64,000 bases of DNA from Azolla caroliniana (Eukaryota > Plantae > Polypodiophyta): contig JBHGNT010000012.1 in the NCBI GenBank assembly GCA_043228905.1, forward strand, positions 19,716,001 to 19,780,000. Reading direction: 5' to 3'. Below are positions 10,637 through 23,960 of the stretch, in pieces; within the stretch, counting starts at the first letter, position 1, and every line of letters begins with the position of its first letter. Below the pieces are notes generated by a model. That model ran no database searches and had not been told where the DNA came from. It was given only the letters and a program-made list of their open reading frames with translations. The position numbers and the translations under genes are program-made.

Positions 10637-13600
10637 ATGGATAGAGGGATGGCTAGCTCGCTCCCTGTGGAGAAACTCGGAAGATCCAACTACGCATCTT
10701 GGTCGTACAAGATGCACCAGTACCTGCTTGGGCATGGCTACTAGAGCTTCGTCAAAGGAGCCAATGAAACAACACCTGATGCGGCACATAAGGATTTCCC
10801 ATTTGTGGGAACAATCGGCAAGCAGAGTGATGTACTGCTTCGCGTCCAGTGTTAGAGACCAGCTGTTGAGCCACATCCGAGATGCCAAGACGTCGAAGGA
10901 GGCTTGGGGAAACCTGAAGAAGGTTTTCACCGCGAGCCCTACGGCCCAGAAGCTGCAACTCCGACAAGAGTTGAGCAATGTCTGACAGAAGGACATGTCG
11001 ATGGCGACTCACTTGCCTCTATCAACGTTACCGTAGAGGAAGATGAGATGGTACAGGTCTGTCTTGGGGGCTTGGCGTTTAAGTTCAAAGTGTTCCGAAC
11101 GGCGGTGTGTACAAGGGAGAATACGCCGTCATTTTTCGACTTACAGTCGATGCTCCTTGTAGAGGAGAACCACGCCGGTGCATCAACTAGCGCACCCACT
11201 GACAACCGGATGCTATACACGGAGGCGGATCGGTCCCGTGGGCGTGGTGGACGAGGCGGGTCGGCACGCTATGGAGGCGGCCGGCAAGAGCAAGAACGAA
11301 GGCACAAAGAACGTGCCGACAACAGTTCTGGGACTTCCATAGGCAGGGGGAGTCAAGGCGGTCCCGGAGGCCGACAAGACAAATCTGCTACGGAATGCTA
11401 GTACTGTGGCAAGAAGGGCCACAGAGAAAGCGAGTGCTAGAGAAAGCGCGCCGATTCGGACAAATCCGGATCCGGCAAGGCCAGCAAGGATGGCCGACAA
11501 AGCTCGCACTACGCGAAGGGATCAGGAGGATCCAAGAACAGTAACGGGCCAGCGTTGATGATGAAGCACGAGGCGAACTCGATGAAGAAGACCACTTTCA
11601 AATCGGAGGAAGTGTGGTATGTTGATTCTGGTGCGTCGAACCACATGACGAGTCACAAAGAGTGGTTCTCCTTGGAGAAACCGGATCAACCAGGAGTAGT
11701 CGAAACCGGAGACAACACTCCTCACCCAATCGTGCACGTCGGAGAAGTTCCTTTGAGCCACGTCGGACAGAAGGGGAAGCTGATGAATGTATTACACGTT
11801 CCGACAATCACGAAGAACCTGATGTCGGTCGGACAGATCGTCGACCAAGGGATGCAAGTGTGGTTTACGCACCTCAGGTGCTTCATCAAGGAAGAGGGCC
11901 AGATTATTGTGCAAGGGCGTAGAGATGGGAGGATGTTTATCCTCGACACCAACGACGTCGGCCCCGCTCTGTTTGCAAAAGGACAGAAGGTCGAATCAGA
12001 CATCGACCTGTGGCACAAGCGGATAGGCCACGTCAATTACCGTAGGCTTCAAGACCTGCAAACAAAACAAGTTGTTTTCGGTTTGCCGAAGTTCAGCGGC
12101 CGGAAGGCCCAAGTATGTGAAGCCTGCCAACTCGGGAAGCAACACCGGCTTCCATTCCCTACCAAACATAACTGGAGCCGTAACAAGCTCGACCTTATCC
12201 ATTCGGGTGTGTGGGGACCGGCACAGAATGTTAGTCTTGGCGAGAGTCGATATTTCGTCTCCTTCATCGACGACTATACGTGGCACACATGGATCTACCT
12301 CATTGAGCGGAAGAGTGAAGTCTTCGAGTGTTTCCGGAGTCTCCAAAGCATGGTGGAACGGGAATCGGAGAGGAAGATCAAATGCCTGCGGTCGGATGGT
12401 GGAAAAGAATACTTTTCCGGCCAATTCAACAGTTATCTACAACAAACGGGAATTCGGCGAGAGTTCAACTGCAGATACACACCGCAATAGAATGGTGTTG
12501 CCGAGAGGAAGAACCGGTCGCTCATTGATGCGGCAAGGGCAATGCTAGAGGAGAAGAGCATGCCCAAATTCTACTGGGCGGAGGCAGTCCAAACGGCTGT
12601 CTACATCCAGAACCAGATCGGTGACAAGGTGTCAGCTCACGAGCTGTATTTCGGGCGCAAGCCGAATTTGAGACACCTTAAGATCTTTGGTCGCATTGCA
12701 TATGTGCATGTACCGGATGAGAAGCGGAGGAAGCTGGATGCAAAATCGGAAAAATGCATCCTAGTCAGCTATGCTCAAGAGCAAAAGGGTTATAAGTGTT
12801 ATAACCCTCGGACAAAGCAGGTCTGAGTTAGTCGAGATGTCGAGTTCGATGAATCGGCATCATGATACTCCTTACCGACTCCGACTTCCGAATCCGACCC
12901 GATGCCGGAGGATGAGGCCAGTGAGCCTGAACCGGCCCAGGCAGATGATGATGAAGCGTGGACTCAGGATGAGAGTCCAGAATTGTTTCGGTTGAGCGGG
13001 CCGAATGAGAGACTGAGTCAATCTAACCAGTCCGATGAGGATTCAGCGAGTAGTGGAGACTCTGCTGTGCACTCCCCGCGCAAGGAACCAAGGAGACGGT
13101 TCACGCGCAAAGAGAAGGGGAAGAAGAAGATGCCGGAATTTGAAACCGGCAACGAAGAGTCGGATCGATGTGCATTCGACTCTGGCAAGGAGAAAGGCTG
13201 ATCTTCGACAACGAAGACCGAACCGGCCAAGAAGGGCCTCAAATCGGGTAACGGTGAATTACGCCGGTCCACCCGCCAGAAGGATCTCGTCAAGCGGTAC
13301 GGGTACAATGAGTACATGGCGCATCACTATACGTACATGACTAAGGTGGCGGAAGTGCGTGAGCATGAGACCTACGCAGAAGCGGCAAAGGACGCAAATT
13401 GGCGTGCCGCTATGGAGGAAGAAATGTGGGCACTTGATGTCAACGAGACATGGGACCTAGTTGACCCTCCCTGTCACTGTAAACCGATCGGATGCAAGTG
13501 GGTGTACAAGGTAAAGTACAACGTTGACGGTTCAGTTAACCGGTACAAGGCCCGGTTAGTGGCGAAGGGATACGCGCAGACCCACGGAATCGACTATGAC

Positions 13601-14263
13601 GAGACTTTCGCTCCGGTAGCGAAGATGACGACGGTTCGTGTGGTGCTGGCAGTTGCTGCAACAAGGGGGTGGCATCTTCACTAGATGGATGTGAAGAATG
13701 TGTTTCTTTAGGGTGACCTTGAAGAAGAAGTCTTTATGACTCAGCCCCCCAGCTTTCAATTGGAGATGAACAAGTCGGCGGTATGCCGGTTGAAGAAGTC
13801 GTTGTACGGCCTGAAGCAAGCCCCTCGAGCTTGGAATGCGAAGATCACACACCGGTTGTGCAAGATGGGGTTTGTGGCATCCAAATCGGACTCTTCGTTG
13901 TTCATCTGGCAAGGCTCAGCCGGTCCGGTATGTGTATTGCTCTATATTGATGATTTAGTCATCACTGGACCGGGTCTTCCAGAAGTCAACCGCGTCAAGT
14001 CCCAGTTGTCGGACGCATTTGAGATGAAGGACCTGGGGGACCTTCATTATTTTCTTGGGATCGAGGTGATCCGAACCCCCGACGACATATTACTCTCACA
14101 ACGACATTACGTCTTGAATATGCTGTACAAGTTCGGCATGACAGAATGCCGACCTGTCTCCACACCCTTGGACCGACACCAGAAGCTTCGTCCCAACTCC
14201 GGACCGGCCTGCAACGAGAAACGGTTCCGACAAATTGTCGGAAGCCTTATTTACTTGACTATC
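10637..14263 (+). pseudogene. Copia gag-pol, 5' part (gag, zinc knuckle, protease, integrase, RT)
   Basis: WYVDSGASNHMT protease; LWHKRIGH...CEACQLGK integrase zinc finger; [36 protein letters not shown]; many stops and frameshifts. Confidence 0.95.
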
Positions 14264-14831
14264 TGTTAAGGATCTATGTATCGATGGAGTAAGCTCCTCG
14301 ATGTCGTGCGGGATTCGGACCGGCGTATACCCTCTTGATGGCGAATTGGGCGAAGATGGTTGTCGGATACCTCTGAGCCTCACACTCACTCAACGATTAG
14401 TAAATGATTAAGCACGATATCTCTCTCACTCTCTCAAGCTCTCTCTCATAAACAATAGATCAATAGTATAGACAATAAGAAGCAAGAGTATGTCTATTAT
14501 TAACCCTCTTTGCTAAGAGGTTTAGCACCAACAAGGAGAGAGATTAGTGTTCTCTAACTCAACACTTCACTAATCTCTCTTAAGCTCAAAGGTTTACAAG
14601 AAAGAGGAGACGAAGCTCTAGCTCTAATCAATAGGAGATCTTTACAAATGGGAAAACCCTCACAAAGCCACTAATATGTGGTTTATATAGCTTTCACGTT
14701 TAGGGTATGGGCCTTTCACATTTGGTTGTCTCTTTGCTTTCCTTTCCTCTTGCCCGTTTCCTCTTCGTACTACATCCTTGTTGATGCGTTCTTATTCGTG
14801 ACTGGTTGTGTTGTTATCCCAACGCTTAACA
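14264..14831 (-). repeat. 3' LTR of the nested gypsy (568 bp)
   Basis: TGTTAAG...CTTAACA inverted termini; near-identical to 24278-24844. Confidence 0.95.
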
Positions 14832-14842
14832 TCTCCCCCAAC

Positions 14843-15691
14843 CTAATGAGTGCATACTCCCGACTGCACTATGGGAGGGGAGCTTCGGGCGTCGGGGGCG
14901 AGTAGAATTGAGTAGGGGCGTTCGTCGGGGGGCGGGTGGCGGCGGAGATGATGGCGAAGGCGGCGGATGTTCAGTGGTGGTAGCCGGATTTCCTGCAGTT
15001 GGTCGGTTGTTGTGAAGAAATCTTTCTTGGGGCCGGTGAGCCAGTTGCAGGTGTTGTAGCCAACGAAGGGAGAAGGGGGGTTTCGACTAAAGCTTATGTA
15101 AGCGGGGAAAAAATGCGTGTCGATCATGGTTTCAAAATCCCGTTTGTAGGTTGCGGGGAGTATGTTGACACGGGTCCAGAGGCCGACCAGTTGGCGGCGA
15201 GTTGGACCTTTGTTCAAATCGAAGGCGAGGCCCCACACTGGGTGGTTGTGCCGTTAGAAGGGGGGGGCTTCGTATGGGCCAGAGTCAAGGAGAATGAGTA
15301 GAAGTTGTAGAAAACGAAGGCTGGCTTGAATGTCGGGGTCCGGGACGTCAAGGTATGTACGTAGGAATCGTCGCATGACTCGGATCATGTCGGGTTCGGT
15401 CGGGGATGTGCGCGGGGGTCGGGGCAACAACGGCCAGTTGAATTGAAGGGTGGGTAGGCGTGCCTGGGCGGCGCGAAAATCGGGCCATGGCCAATGACGA
15501 GGAAGGGGAAAAAAGGTGGGGTTGGTGTGCAACTCGGGGGGGTGGAGGGTGAGCCATTCGCGGAAGGATGTGTGTGTGAACCAAGGGAGATGCCATGGGG
15601 GTTGGGTGCCGGGAGGTTCGAGGAGGGGGTCGGCGACGGGGTGGTGCCACCCGCGAGTGGGGATGGGGTGTGTGGCGGCCCAAGTAGACAT
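14843..15691 (-). pseudogene. Extra ORF-C of the gypsy element, unknown Trp/Pro-rich protein split by one in-frame stop
   Basis: ORFs 15254-15691 and 14843-15238 share a frame; ends immediately before the PPT. No recognised domain. Confidence 0.4.
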
Positions 15692-15923
15692 CTTATCGCG
15701 GTAAACATGGGGGTAAAGGAAGACGTCAACTTGGGGTTCGGAGGTGACTTCGGGGTAATAGTTGTAGAGGCGGGTGAGGAGTAGGGGGGTCTCACAGAAG
15801 TCGAACTCCCATGGAATGGGGGCGACAGACTGATTGTCAAGACGAGTGTCCCAACTAGTACCACTTTCGATGCAATCAAGGGCAGTTTGGAGGCCGTGGG
15901 TGAGTTGCTAGCGGTCGACCAAA

Positions 15924-16766
15924 TTAGCATAGAAGGTCGCAACGTTGAAGCGGGCGCTCGGGGTGTGGAGTAAGGCAGGTGTAGTGAAGATGGGCGAGGG
16001 CGAGGCGGTGGCTGGGTGTCGGGTTCATCAGGTGAGTCGTGGTCCCCCTCCAGGTCGATCTCTGGGGGGGAGAAGGGGGGTGCGGGGGTAGGAGGGCACG
16101 AACATGAGCCTCATCGAACGTCATGAGTTGATACTCGCGGGAAACGTCGAGGTATAGGGCTAATTCCGGTATGTCGTCAGCCTCGAGGTCGGTGGGCCAG
16201 TTGAACATGGCGTATTCGATGCTGAATATGTGAGTACGAACCCCGACGTCCCAGGCGGTTTGCCAAGCACGTATTAGCCAGAGGAAACCGAAAGGGGGTA
16301 CAGAGGTCGTTGTGTTTTCCAACAGGGTGCGGGTGAGGGTGTCGGCGATGTGGTGTAAGCGCACCAGTGTTGTGAAGAGGTGGGCCAGTTGGTCTTCGGT
16401 GACTTGCATCGTGACATCAGAAGGGTAGGTGAAATAGATCAGGTTGGAGATGTCTAAGTCGGGGGTGAGGGCGGTGTGAAGGTAGGCCATACCTTCGAGG
16501 AACAAAATGGGGAGGTGTTGGGGGAAGAGGTCACCGATTGGGGGAGCAGGTTCTTCGGTGGCTTCCTGGTATAACATGAAGAGGGTGAGGGCGTGGTTGT
16601 CTTCGGGGAGTACTCGGATGAAGGTTTGCCGGTCTGGGGGTGTGGTGTCGTCAAAGAATACGCGACGTGTGGCGGCTAACGACCGAAGGACGCACGTTGC
16701 TTGGATGAGGAGGGTGCGTGGTGTAGTGAAAAGTTCGGAGAGCAGGGAGGTCGAGGTCACGTACAC
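15924..16766 (-). CDS. Extra ORF-B of the gypsy element, unknown 280-aa protein
   Basis: Long open frame with globular-looking composition, same sense as pol; start codon uncertain (GTG). No recognised domain. Confidence 0.45.
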   Translation of the reverse strand: MYVTSTSLLSELFTTPRTLLIQATCVLRSLAATRRVFFDDTTPPDRQTFIRVLPEDNHALTLFMLYQEATEEPAPPIGDLFPQHLPILFLEGMAYLHTALTPDLDISNLIYFTYPSDVTMQVTEDQLAHLFTTLVRLHHIADTLTRTLLENTTTSVPPFGFLWLIRAWQTAWDVGVRTHIFSIEYAMFNWPTDLEADDIPELALYLDVSREYQLMTFDEAHVRALLPPHPPSPPQRSTWRGTTTHLMNPTPSHRLALAHLHYTCLTPHPERPLQRCDLLC

Positions 16767-16780
16767 CGAGAGTGCCTAGA

Positions 16781-18740
16781 TCATATTCGGAGAGCCAGCT
16801 GGGGGAAGTAGAGGGGTCTAAACGGTGGAGGGGTCCGTTGCACTGGGGTGAGGGCGTGTTCAAGGGCGGCTTTGGACGTGCGGAGTTGAAGGATGTCCTT
16901 TTCGAGGTCGGCGCATTGGCGACGGTGTTTGATGAGGAGACATCGATTGCGTTCATTGGCGACTTCGACTTGGTGGATCACGGCGTCTCGTTCAGCCTTG
17001 AGGGTGGTGATCTCGTTCGTGGGTTGGTGAGTGGTGGCCATGGCGGTGGCTAGGGCCTCAGACCGTTCGGAGAGATTAGCCGTCACGACTGCGAGGCAGG
17101 CCTCGGTCAGTTGGTGTTGGGTGGTGAGGCGGACGTACTCGGCCGAAAGTTCGGCATGTGTTTGCGCTGCGCGTTCCTGGTCGTGGTGCTAGGTTGTCCG
17201 AGCTTGTTGGAATTCGTCAACGAGTTGTTGGTGTCGGGTTTGCGTTGTCAGGAGTTCTTGCTTGAGGAGGTCGTGGGCGGCTGCTTGGCATGCGTTGGTA
17301 TGGAGGGCGCTCCGTACCTCAGCGACCAAGATCTCGTTCCGTGTAGAGGGCTCGTGTTGGTCGGTGGCGGTCTGTTGGGCCTGTGCCTGAACTTGAAGTA
17401 GGCGACGGTTCACGACGGCACTCATCTTGAGGAGGTCGGCCACCATGTCGGTTAAGGGTTTGGGGGGGACAACGAGGGAGGGGGTAGGGTGGGTAGATAC
17501 TGCAATGAGGGAGGTCGAGTAGGGCACGGAGGTCGGGAGGGGGGGTGGTGGAAGCGGGGTTGCCATTTGGGCGGGGGCGAGGGTGGGTTGGAGGGGAACT
17601 GCCGGGGTTGCGGTCGGGGGTTTCGGTGTCGAGGGCGGCGTGGCGAGCGAGTTTATGGGGTCGGGGTTGCGGGGTGTTGTCGGTGGTGGTGGACGGGAAA
17701 GGTGGGGTAGTTGTGACCGGAGCGGGGGGAGAGGATTCGTGGGGTGGAGGGGTTGGCAAGGTGGGTGGAGGCGGGGTTGGCGGGTTCCGTTGGTCGTGCA
17801 AGATTGACTTAGTGGTGCAGCTGCAGGAACGCGGAGTCGTGGTTGTGGTATGATGTGACACATAGTGGAAAGTGGTGGACAAGGCCTGGATTTCGGTGGG
17901 GGTGAACTCGTGTGTCTGGAATTCCTTGACACGATTCGTGATATCCTCAAGGGTGTCGAGGTTAGCTTCGGCTGACACGTGGATGATCGGGGGTTGTTTG
18001 TGTGCTGGTGGCCGTGCCTGTTCACCTTGGTGTACCTGTCGTAAAAAGTCGCATTCGGGGAGACGAAGGCGTTTGAGTTGGCCTGGGACAGTGATCTTGC
18101 GGAAGCGTTCTTGGCAGCGTACGAAGGGAGGGGCGGGGGGTCCGATGCTGAACTTTGCGCACAAGTAGCGGGTGAGGAACCACGCGAAATTGACAGTCGA
18201 TTTGGTCCGTGTGTGCCATTCTCGGACCCGGCGAACAAGCTCGTGAGCCCACTGGACCGGTTGCGGATCATGTGCCCACTTGAGGTACTCACCGGTGATA
18301 CGAGCGGTGGCATCGGTAGATGCGGTGTCGCTGATTTGGGCAATGGCGCTACAACGGTCGTGGAGATGGAGAGGGATTTCGGTGTAACGCCACCCTTCGC
18401 GTCCAGAATATTCGGCGTAGGCGACAGGAATGATGCCGGGGACAACCCCCCGGGTCCTCGTGGTGCGGAAGGGGGCGCCCTCGAGGGGTAAATGCAACGT
18501 AGCACAAACGTCGGCCGCGGTGAACTGGAATGCGACGGGGGGGAGTTTGCGAAAGGCTGCATATCGACGTGGCCCGTATCGGGGTTGTATCCGATGAGGA
18601 AACAGTTGACCAGTTCGGGTAGGACACCCCATGGCCCAATCCCAAGGAAGAACTTGAGGCCAAGTCGTGAGAGAGTGGCGAACAAGTCGGGTTCGAGGTA
18701 CTTGATCTGCGTGGCGGTTGTGGGTATAACAATAAAATAA
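16781..18740 (-). pseudogene. Extra ORF-A: Athila-ORF/plant-transposon-like N-terminus, Pro-rich linker, coiled coil; frameshifted
   Basis: Joining frames gives ...GVLPELVNCFLIGYNPDTG...FQFTAADVCATLHLPLEG..., resembling the PELV.EF....F....I...LGLP..G pattern of Athila accessory ORFs; C-terminal heptad-like EITTLKAERDAVIHQV...LEKDILQL. Confidence 0.5.
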
Positions 18741-19112
18741 AAAAAATAAAAAATACATAACAAAAAATAAAATAAAATAAAATAAAATAAAATAAAATAA
18801 AATAAAATAAAATAAAATAAAATAAAATAAAATAAAATAAAATAAAATAAGGATAATAATAATCGGTATAGAAAAAAATAATAAAAATCATAAAAATAAA
18901 AAAGAAAGAACGAATAAATAAATAAATAAATAAATACAAATCAAACTGACAATAATAGTCATTACAGATAAAGTAAATCAATAAAATAATGGTAAAGATC
19001 ATAAAGAAAAAAAAAAACAAAAAAAAATAAAAAAAAACAAAAAAAATAAAAAATAAAAAAATAAAAAAAAACAAAAATAAAAAATAAAAACTAATACAAT
19101 TAATAGAACATA
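18728..19112. repeat. A-rich low-complexity island including (AAAAT)n
   Basis: About 16 AAAAT units at about 18766-18850 plus degenerate A-runs, inside GC-rich element sequence. Confidence 0.9.
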
Positions 19113-19491
19113 AACCACGACAACGAGGGACAACCGACGGGGATGCGAGGTCGGGAGGGTAGGGAGGAATCGATGGAGAAGATTCGGACACCGATGGTGA
19201 CGGGGGTTTGAACGGGGGTCTACGGGGAACGTGGTAGGGGATTGGGTAAACTAAGGGCTTTTGAGGAACCTTGAGGATGCGACTGTGGAGGGAGTGTCAC
19301 TCGGGTATCGTGTGAGGTTTCGGGTCTGTGACTTTTAAGGATCCAAACCTGCGGCATGTTTGTTAAGGGGGTGGGGAGGATTTGTGAAACCTTCCTACGG
19401 GGTATTCGGTCTCTCAGTTGTTTAGGCTTGTCGATTCCTGTGGCTTTAGCCTGGGCGGGATACCGGGTTGATGTGTGTGCTTTTCGGGTGT

Positions 19492-20030
19492 CCCCTGCAG
19501 GCGTGGTATGATCGTGACTGGGAAGTCAGCTTTGTTTCGGGACCCAGAAGCTAGTGGCGCCTTTGTACCAACCTTGTGCTGTTGTGAGTGTCTTTTTGAC
19601 TCGCCAAATGGCGGATTCTCCACAACATTGTCCATCTGCAAAAACAGCGTGAACATTCACCCATTCCCGTGGTTTGGGTGTCTGTGTTTTGACGTTAACG
19701 TCGCGCTGGTCTTGGGTGGCCAATGGGTGTTGGCGTTCGGTTTGGTTGAGCGACTCCGCGCCTTGGGGTTCATCAATGGCCCCTGCAGGTGTGGTATGAT
19801 CGCGACTGGGGAGTCGGCTTCGTTTTGGGACCTAGAAGCTAGTGGCGCCATTGTGCCAGCCTTGTGCGGTTGTGAGTATTTTTCTGACTCGCCACACCGC
19901 ACGTTCTCCGTAGCGTGGGCCTTCAGCGAAAACTGCGTGGATGTTCACCCATTCTCGTGGTTTGGGTGTCTGTGTTCTATTGTTAGTCTCGCGTTGGCCA
20001 TGGGCGGCCGGTGGGTGTCGGTGTGTTGCT
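19492..20030. repeat. Diverged direct repeat, period 288 bp, two copies
   Basis: cccctgcaggYgtggtatgatcgYgactggg at 19492 and 19780. Confidence 0.85.
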
Positions 20031-20515
20031 TGTTTGGGTAGCTCCACACTTTGGGGGTCAGCGAGGACAACGAGATGTGATTCGAGTGTTGTTGCGAGGA
20101 GGTCCTCGGACTTCAGTCCACCTCCTGTTTGAAAAGAGACGATGTGTTTGCTGGGTGATAGGAAACATTCACTTATGCGACACCAATCTAAACCGAGGAG
20201 GCATTGTGTGTGCATCACTCCGGGTGGGAGTACCCGAACTTGGATTAAGTGCGCGCTGTATTCTGTCTTGATGTTACACCTGAAAGTTCCAAGGCAACAT
20301 GACGTGGACCCATCGAAGCCACGGAAGTTGTCATTGCACAGTTAGAGGTTTGGGAAACCTAGACGTCTCCATGTTTCGAAGGAGAAAAGGGTTAGTGATG
20401 CTCCTGTGTCAATTACCGCCGTGAAAGGCATGTCGTCGACACAACATTGTAGTTGTATTGTTCCATCATTAGAGTTGGCCGCCCGAGCCATGGCTGTCGG
20501 ATGGGCGTGTCCCTG

Positions 20516-23500
20516 TCACTTCAATTTCGCTTGCGTATTGCACAGGTCGGTTTCGAGCCGGGCCATTCGGCCTTTGGAGGCTTTAAGTTTGGCCTCTACC
20601 TCTTGTTGCCGAGCCGTGAGTAGAGCCTCGAGTGTGAGGGGTCCATAGTAACGTTTGAGCTTGCTCCCATTAATGAACCCGGGGATGTCAAAACCTTCGA
20701 TCGTGCGTAGGCGACATGCTCCTGTCTTGGTAATCTCCGAAACCACATACAGGCCTTCACCCCGTAACTTCAACTTCTTCTTGTGTCGTTGAGAGGAGAA
20801 TTTGAGGGCCATGTCGCCTTCTGCGAGGTCTTTGTTCTTGACTTTATTGTCGTGCCACACCTTTCTATTGGCTTTCTCTGCCAAGAGTGCCTGGAATGCG
20901 AGAAGGCGAGTTTCTGTCAGTCGTTCTAGGTTCTCTAGGCGTGACGGGAGGGGGTCCCCTTCCCATCGTTCTTGTACGGCGATCCTAAGGCTGGGGACAA
21001 GGAACTCGATGGGTAATACTGCTTCTTGCCCGTACACCAGTTTGAATGGTGTGTGGCGAGTTGCGACTTTGTAGGAAGTATGGAAAGCCCATAATGCTGC
21101 TTGGAGTTTGGTGCTCCAATCAGATTGTGAGGCAGCGACTATCTTTGTGAGTACTGTACATAGCACCTTATTCGTGCTTTCCGCTTGTCCGTTGCATCGA
21201 GGGTAATAAAGAGAACTTTTGCGGTGTGTCACCATAAACTCGCCTAATAAATGTGCTATCACCTCATTCAGGAAATGTGAGCCTTGGTCACTAATGATTT
21301 CGAGCGGACATCCAAACCGTACGATGACATTTTCATATAGGAATTTGGCAATACTACGCGCGTCGTCGTTAACGCAAGCTTTAGCTTCAACCTACTTGGT
21401 GGCGTAGTCAGTGGCGATTATTATGTATCGGTTGAGGTTGGAAGCTGGGCTGATTGGGCCGATAAAGTCGATACCCCATTTCTCGAATGGTTGCCATGCC
21501 ACCACCAAGTTTAACATATTAAAATCCGCTTTTAGCGGGTGTTTGAAACGTTGGCACTCGTCACAGCAACGTACGTACGCGTATGTGTCTTTGAAGAGTG
21601 TTGGCCACCATAGGCCGGATTGAAGGATCTTGCGCGCAATGGTCTCGTGATTGAAATGACCACTTCCGCTCCTGCAATGAGCTTGTTTGAGGGTGGTGAC
21701 GATGTCATGGTCTGTTATACACCTCCGAAGTAGATCGTCATTACCCCGATAGTACAGATTGCCTCGGAGCCTCGTGAAGGGGCCACATTTCTTTAGCAAG
21801 GCACGCGCGTGTGTTCGTGGTAGTTGTTTTAGGAAGGACGCTCCTTCGGTTAGGACGCGAACTATGTCTGATGCCCATGCTGGTACGGTATCGATCTCAA
21901 ATAATGCTACATCTGGTGTTTCATCATCGACCCTAGTGGCTTCTTCTCCGTTGGGAATCCGAGAGAAATGATCGGCGAGTACATGGCCTTTCCCTTTTCT
22001 CACTACTACCTTGAAGTTGAATTCGAGTAACGTTACGATCCATCGTGAGATGCGTCCAGTGGCGTGAGTTTTGTTTACTAAGTAGAGTAGGGCCTGATGG
22101 TCTACAAAAAACGAGAACCGGGACACCAACAGGTAGTGGTGGAATTTCTTTACGCTGTAGACCATGGCCAAAGCCTCCCGTTCCGTCGTGGAGTAATTTC
22201 GTTCCGCGGCAATTAGCTGGCGACTAGCGGAGGTGACCGGTAGGTCGAATGCCCCTTCACCGGGTTGGGCTAGAACTGCACCAATCGCGAAGGCGGAAGC
22301 TTCGGTGTGCACGTGGAATTCTTTGGTCCAGTCGGGAGGCCGGAGGATGGGGGCCCTAGTTAGGCACTCTTTCAAGAGCTTGAAGGAGTGTGTGCATTCT
22401 TCTGTCCACATGAACTGCTTTAATAGGGAGTAGAGTTTGAAATGCTCTGGGAATTCCGCTTCCGTCACAGCCTCTTGAGTGGTCGTGACGTCACCTGGAC
22501 GTGTGACTCGTTGTACCAGTTCTTCGTCCTCTACGTCTACGTCTTTTCGTTGGGGACCTAGGGTGGTGACGTTGAAGCACGAGATTGTCTTTCCGTTCTC
22601 GTCACAACACTTTGTACCTATAGGGTACATTGCGTTGGTTGTGGCAAGAGCGTGCACCCAATTCATTTCTAACGTCTCGGAGGTGACGGATTGGTCGTCT
22701 CTCTCACGTGCGTTCTCTTCTTTGGAAGTGGTGGGGCTTTGAGGAAAGTGTTGGCCTCTGGTCAAGAGTTGAAGTGTCTTCGTGGGGTTGCACGCTAGGA
22801 GGTTGGTCTCGAACTTAGTGGTTTTTGACCAATCGTCTACGAGAGGGCTACCTTCTTGTTCATGCACTTTTTGTGTGTACGCTTTGATGCGAAAGGTTTT
22901 GTTGTCCTTTCGCATATAGATTATATCGTTCCCAAAATCCATGACCAGGCGGCTTATACGTAGGAATGGTCTTCCTAGTAAGCACTCGTAGGCTACATGG
23001 TTGGACGATCTTGTGACGACGAAGGTGAGATTGAACTCCAGTCCGTGGATAGTGAAGTGATGCGCAGGAATCATGCCTTCCGGTCTTTGGATGGACCCGT
23101 CTGCCATTTGTAGTTTGACATCGGAAGGCATCATTTTTGGGCTCCCCCACTTACACCAACATTCATAACTGACGATACTTACCCCTGCTCCGGTGTCAAT
23201 GATGGCGTCACACGTCTTACCATTGTCCGGTTGTCCTCCTTTCGCAAGTTGTACAGTCCATAGATTGATTTCGTGTTCTATCACCCGTAACTCTTGCGCT
23301 GCGTCTCGTATATGTCGTTCAACACTGAGTGGGTTTGCCATTAGGTTCTCCTGTAGTGGGGGTGTGTTGAGAAGTGCTTTAGTTCCTGGGCTTGATGGGA
23401 GGTTCATGTTTGGTAGTATCCCCGGAGTTAGCCACCCTCCGTGGTATTGAGTCAGGTTAGGTGGGCCAACATCGTGGGTTTGGTCGATTTGCGTGGACTC

Positions 23501-23554
23501 TTCCAGGCGTGCGGGTCGGGTTTTGAACATTTCTGTCCATGAGGATCCGGCCAA
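20516..23554 (-). pseudogene. Gypsy pol remnant: protease, RNase H, integrase; RT core missing
   Basis: AIIDTGAGVS protease; FHVHTEASAFAIGAVL...NYSTTEREALA RNase H; H-H-CDEC, FEKWGIDFIGP, YYPRCNGQAE integrase. No RT catalytic motif between protease and RNase H; in-frame stop at 21392. Confidence 0.9.
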
Positions 23555-23580
23555 GTTTTCTGGTCAAGCTTTTTTATAGG

Positions 23581-23804
23581 TTCGTCGAAGGATGAATCTT
23601 CGTCGAAGGGTGAATCTTCGTCGAAGGATGAAGATTCGTCGCAAGTTGAAGATTCGTCGCAGGTTGAATCTTCTTCGAAGGATGAATCTTCGTCGAAGGG
23701 TGAATGTTCGTCGAAGGCTGAATGTTCGTCGAAGGATGAATGTTCATCGCAGGTTGAATCTTCGTCGCAGGTTGAATCTTCATCGAAGGGTGAATCTTCG
23801 TCGA
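23581..23804. repeat. 18-bp minisatellite, about 12 copies
   Basis: ttcgtcgaaggRtgaatc-like units in the gypsy 5' leader. Confidence 0.9.
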
Positions 23805-23960
23805 GCTTTGCGTGGGAAATTCAAACTTTTTGGTGCCAACGGTCGCTCTGTGACCCGTGGAGTGATCGTAAACCGCGAGACTCGCGGTGATTATGCTTGC
23901 CCGGTAACGGCCTAATCTCCACAATGTTTAATGTTAACCGAGCGAATGAACAAAAAATCG

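Noticed and set aside
18349-19191. 280-aa Phe/Ile-rich ORF as a transmembrane envelope protein
   Set aside because: The hydrophobic stretch is translation of the (ATTTT)n low-complexity tract.
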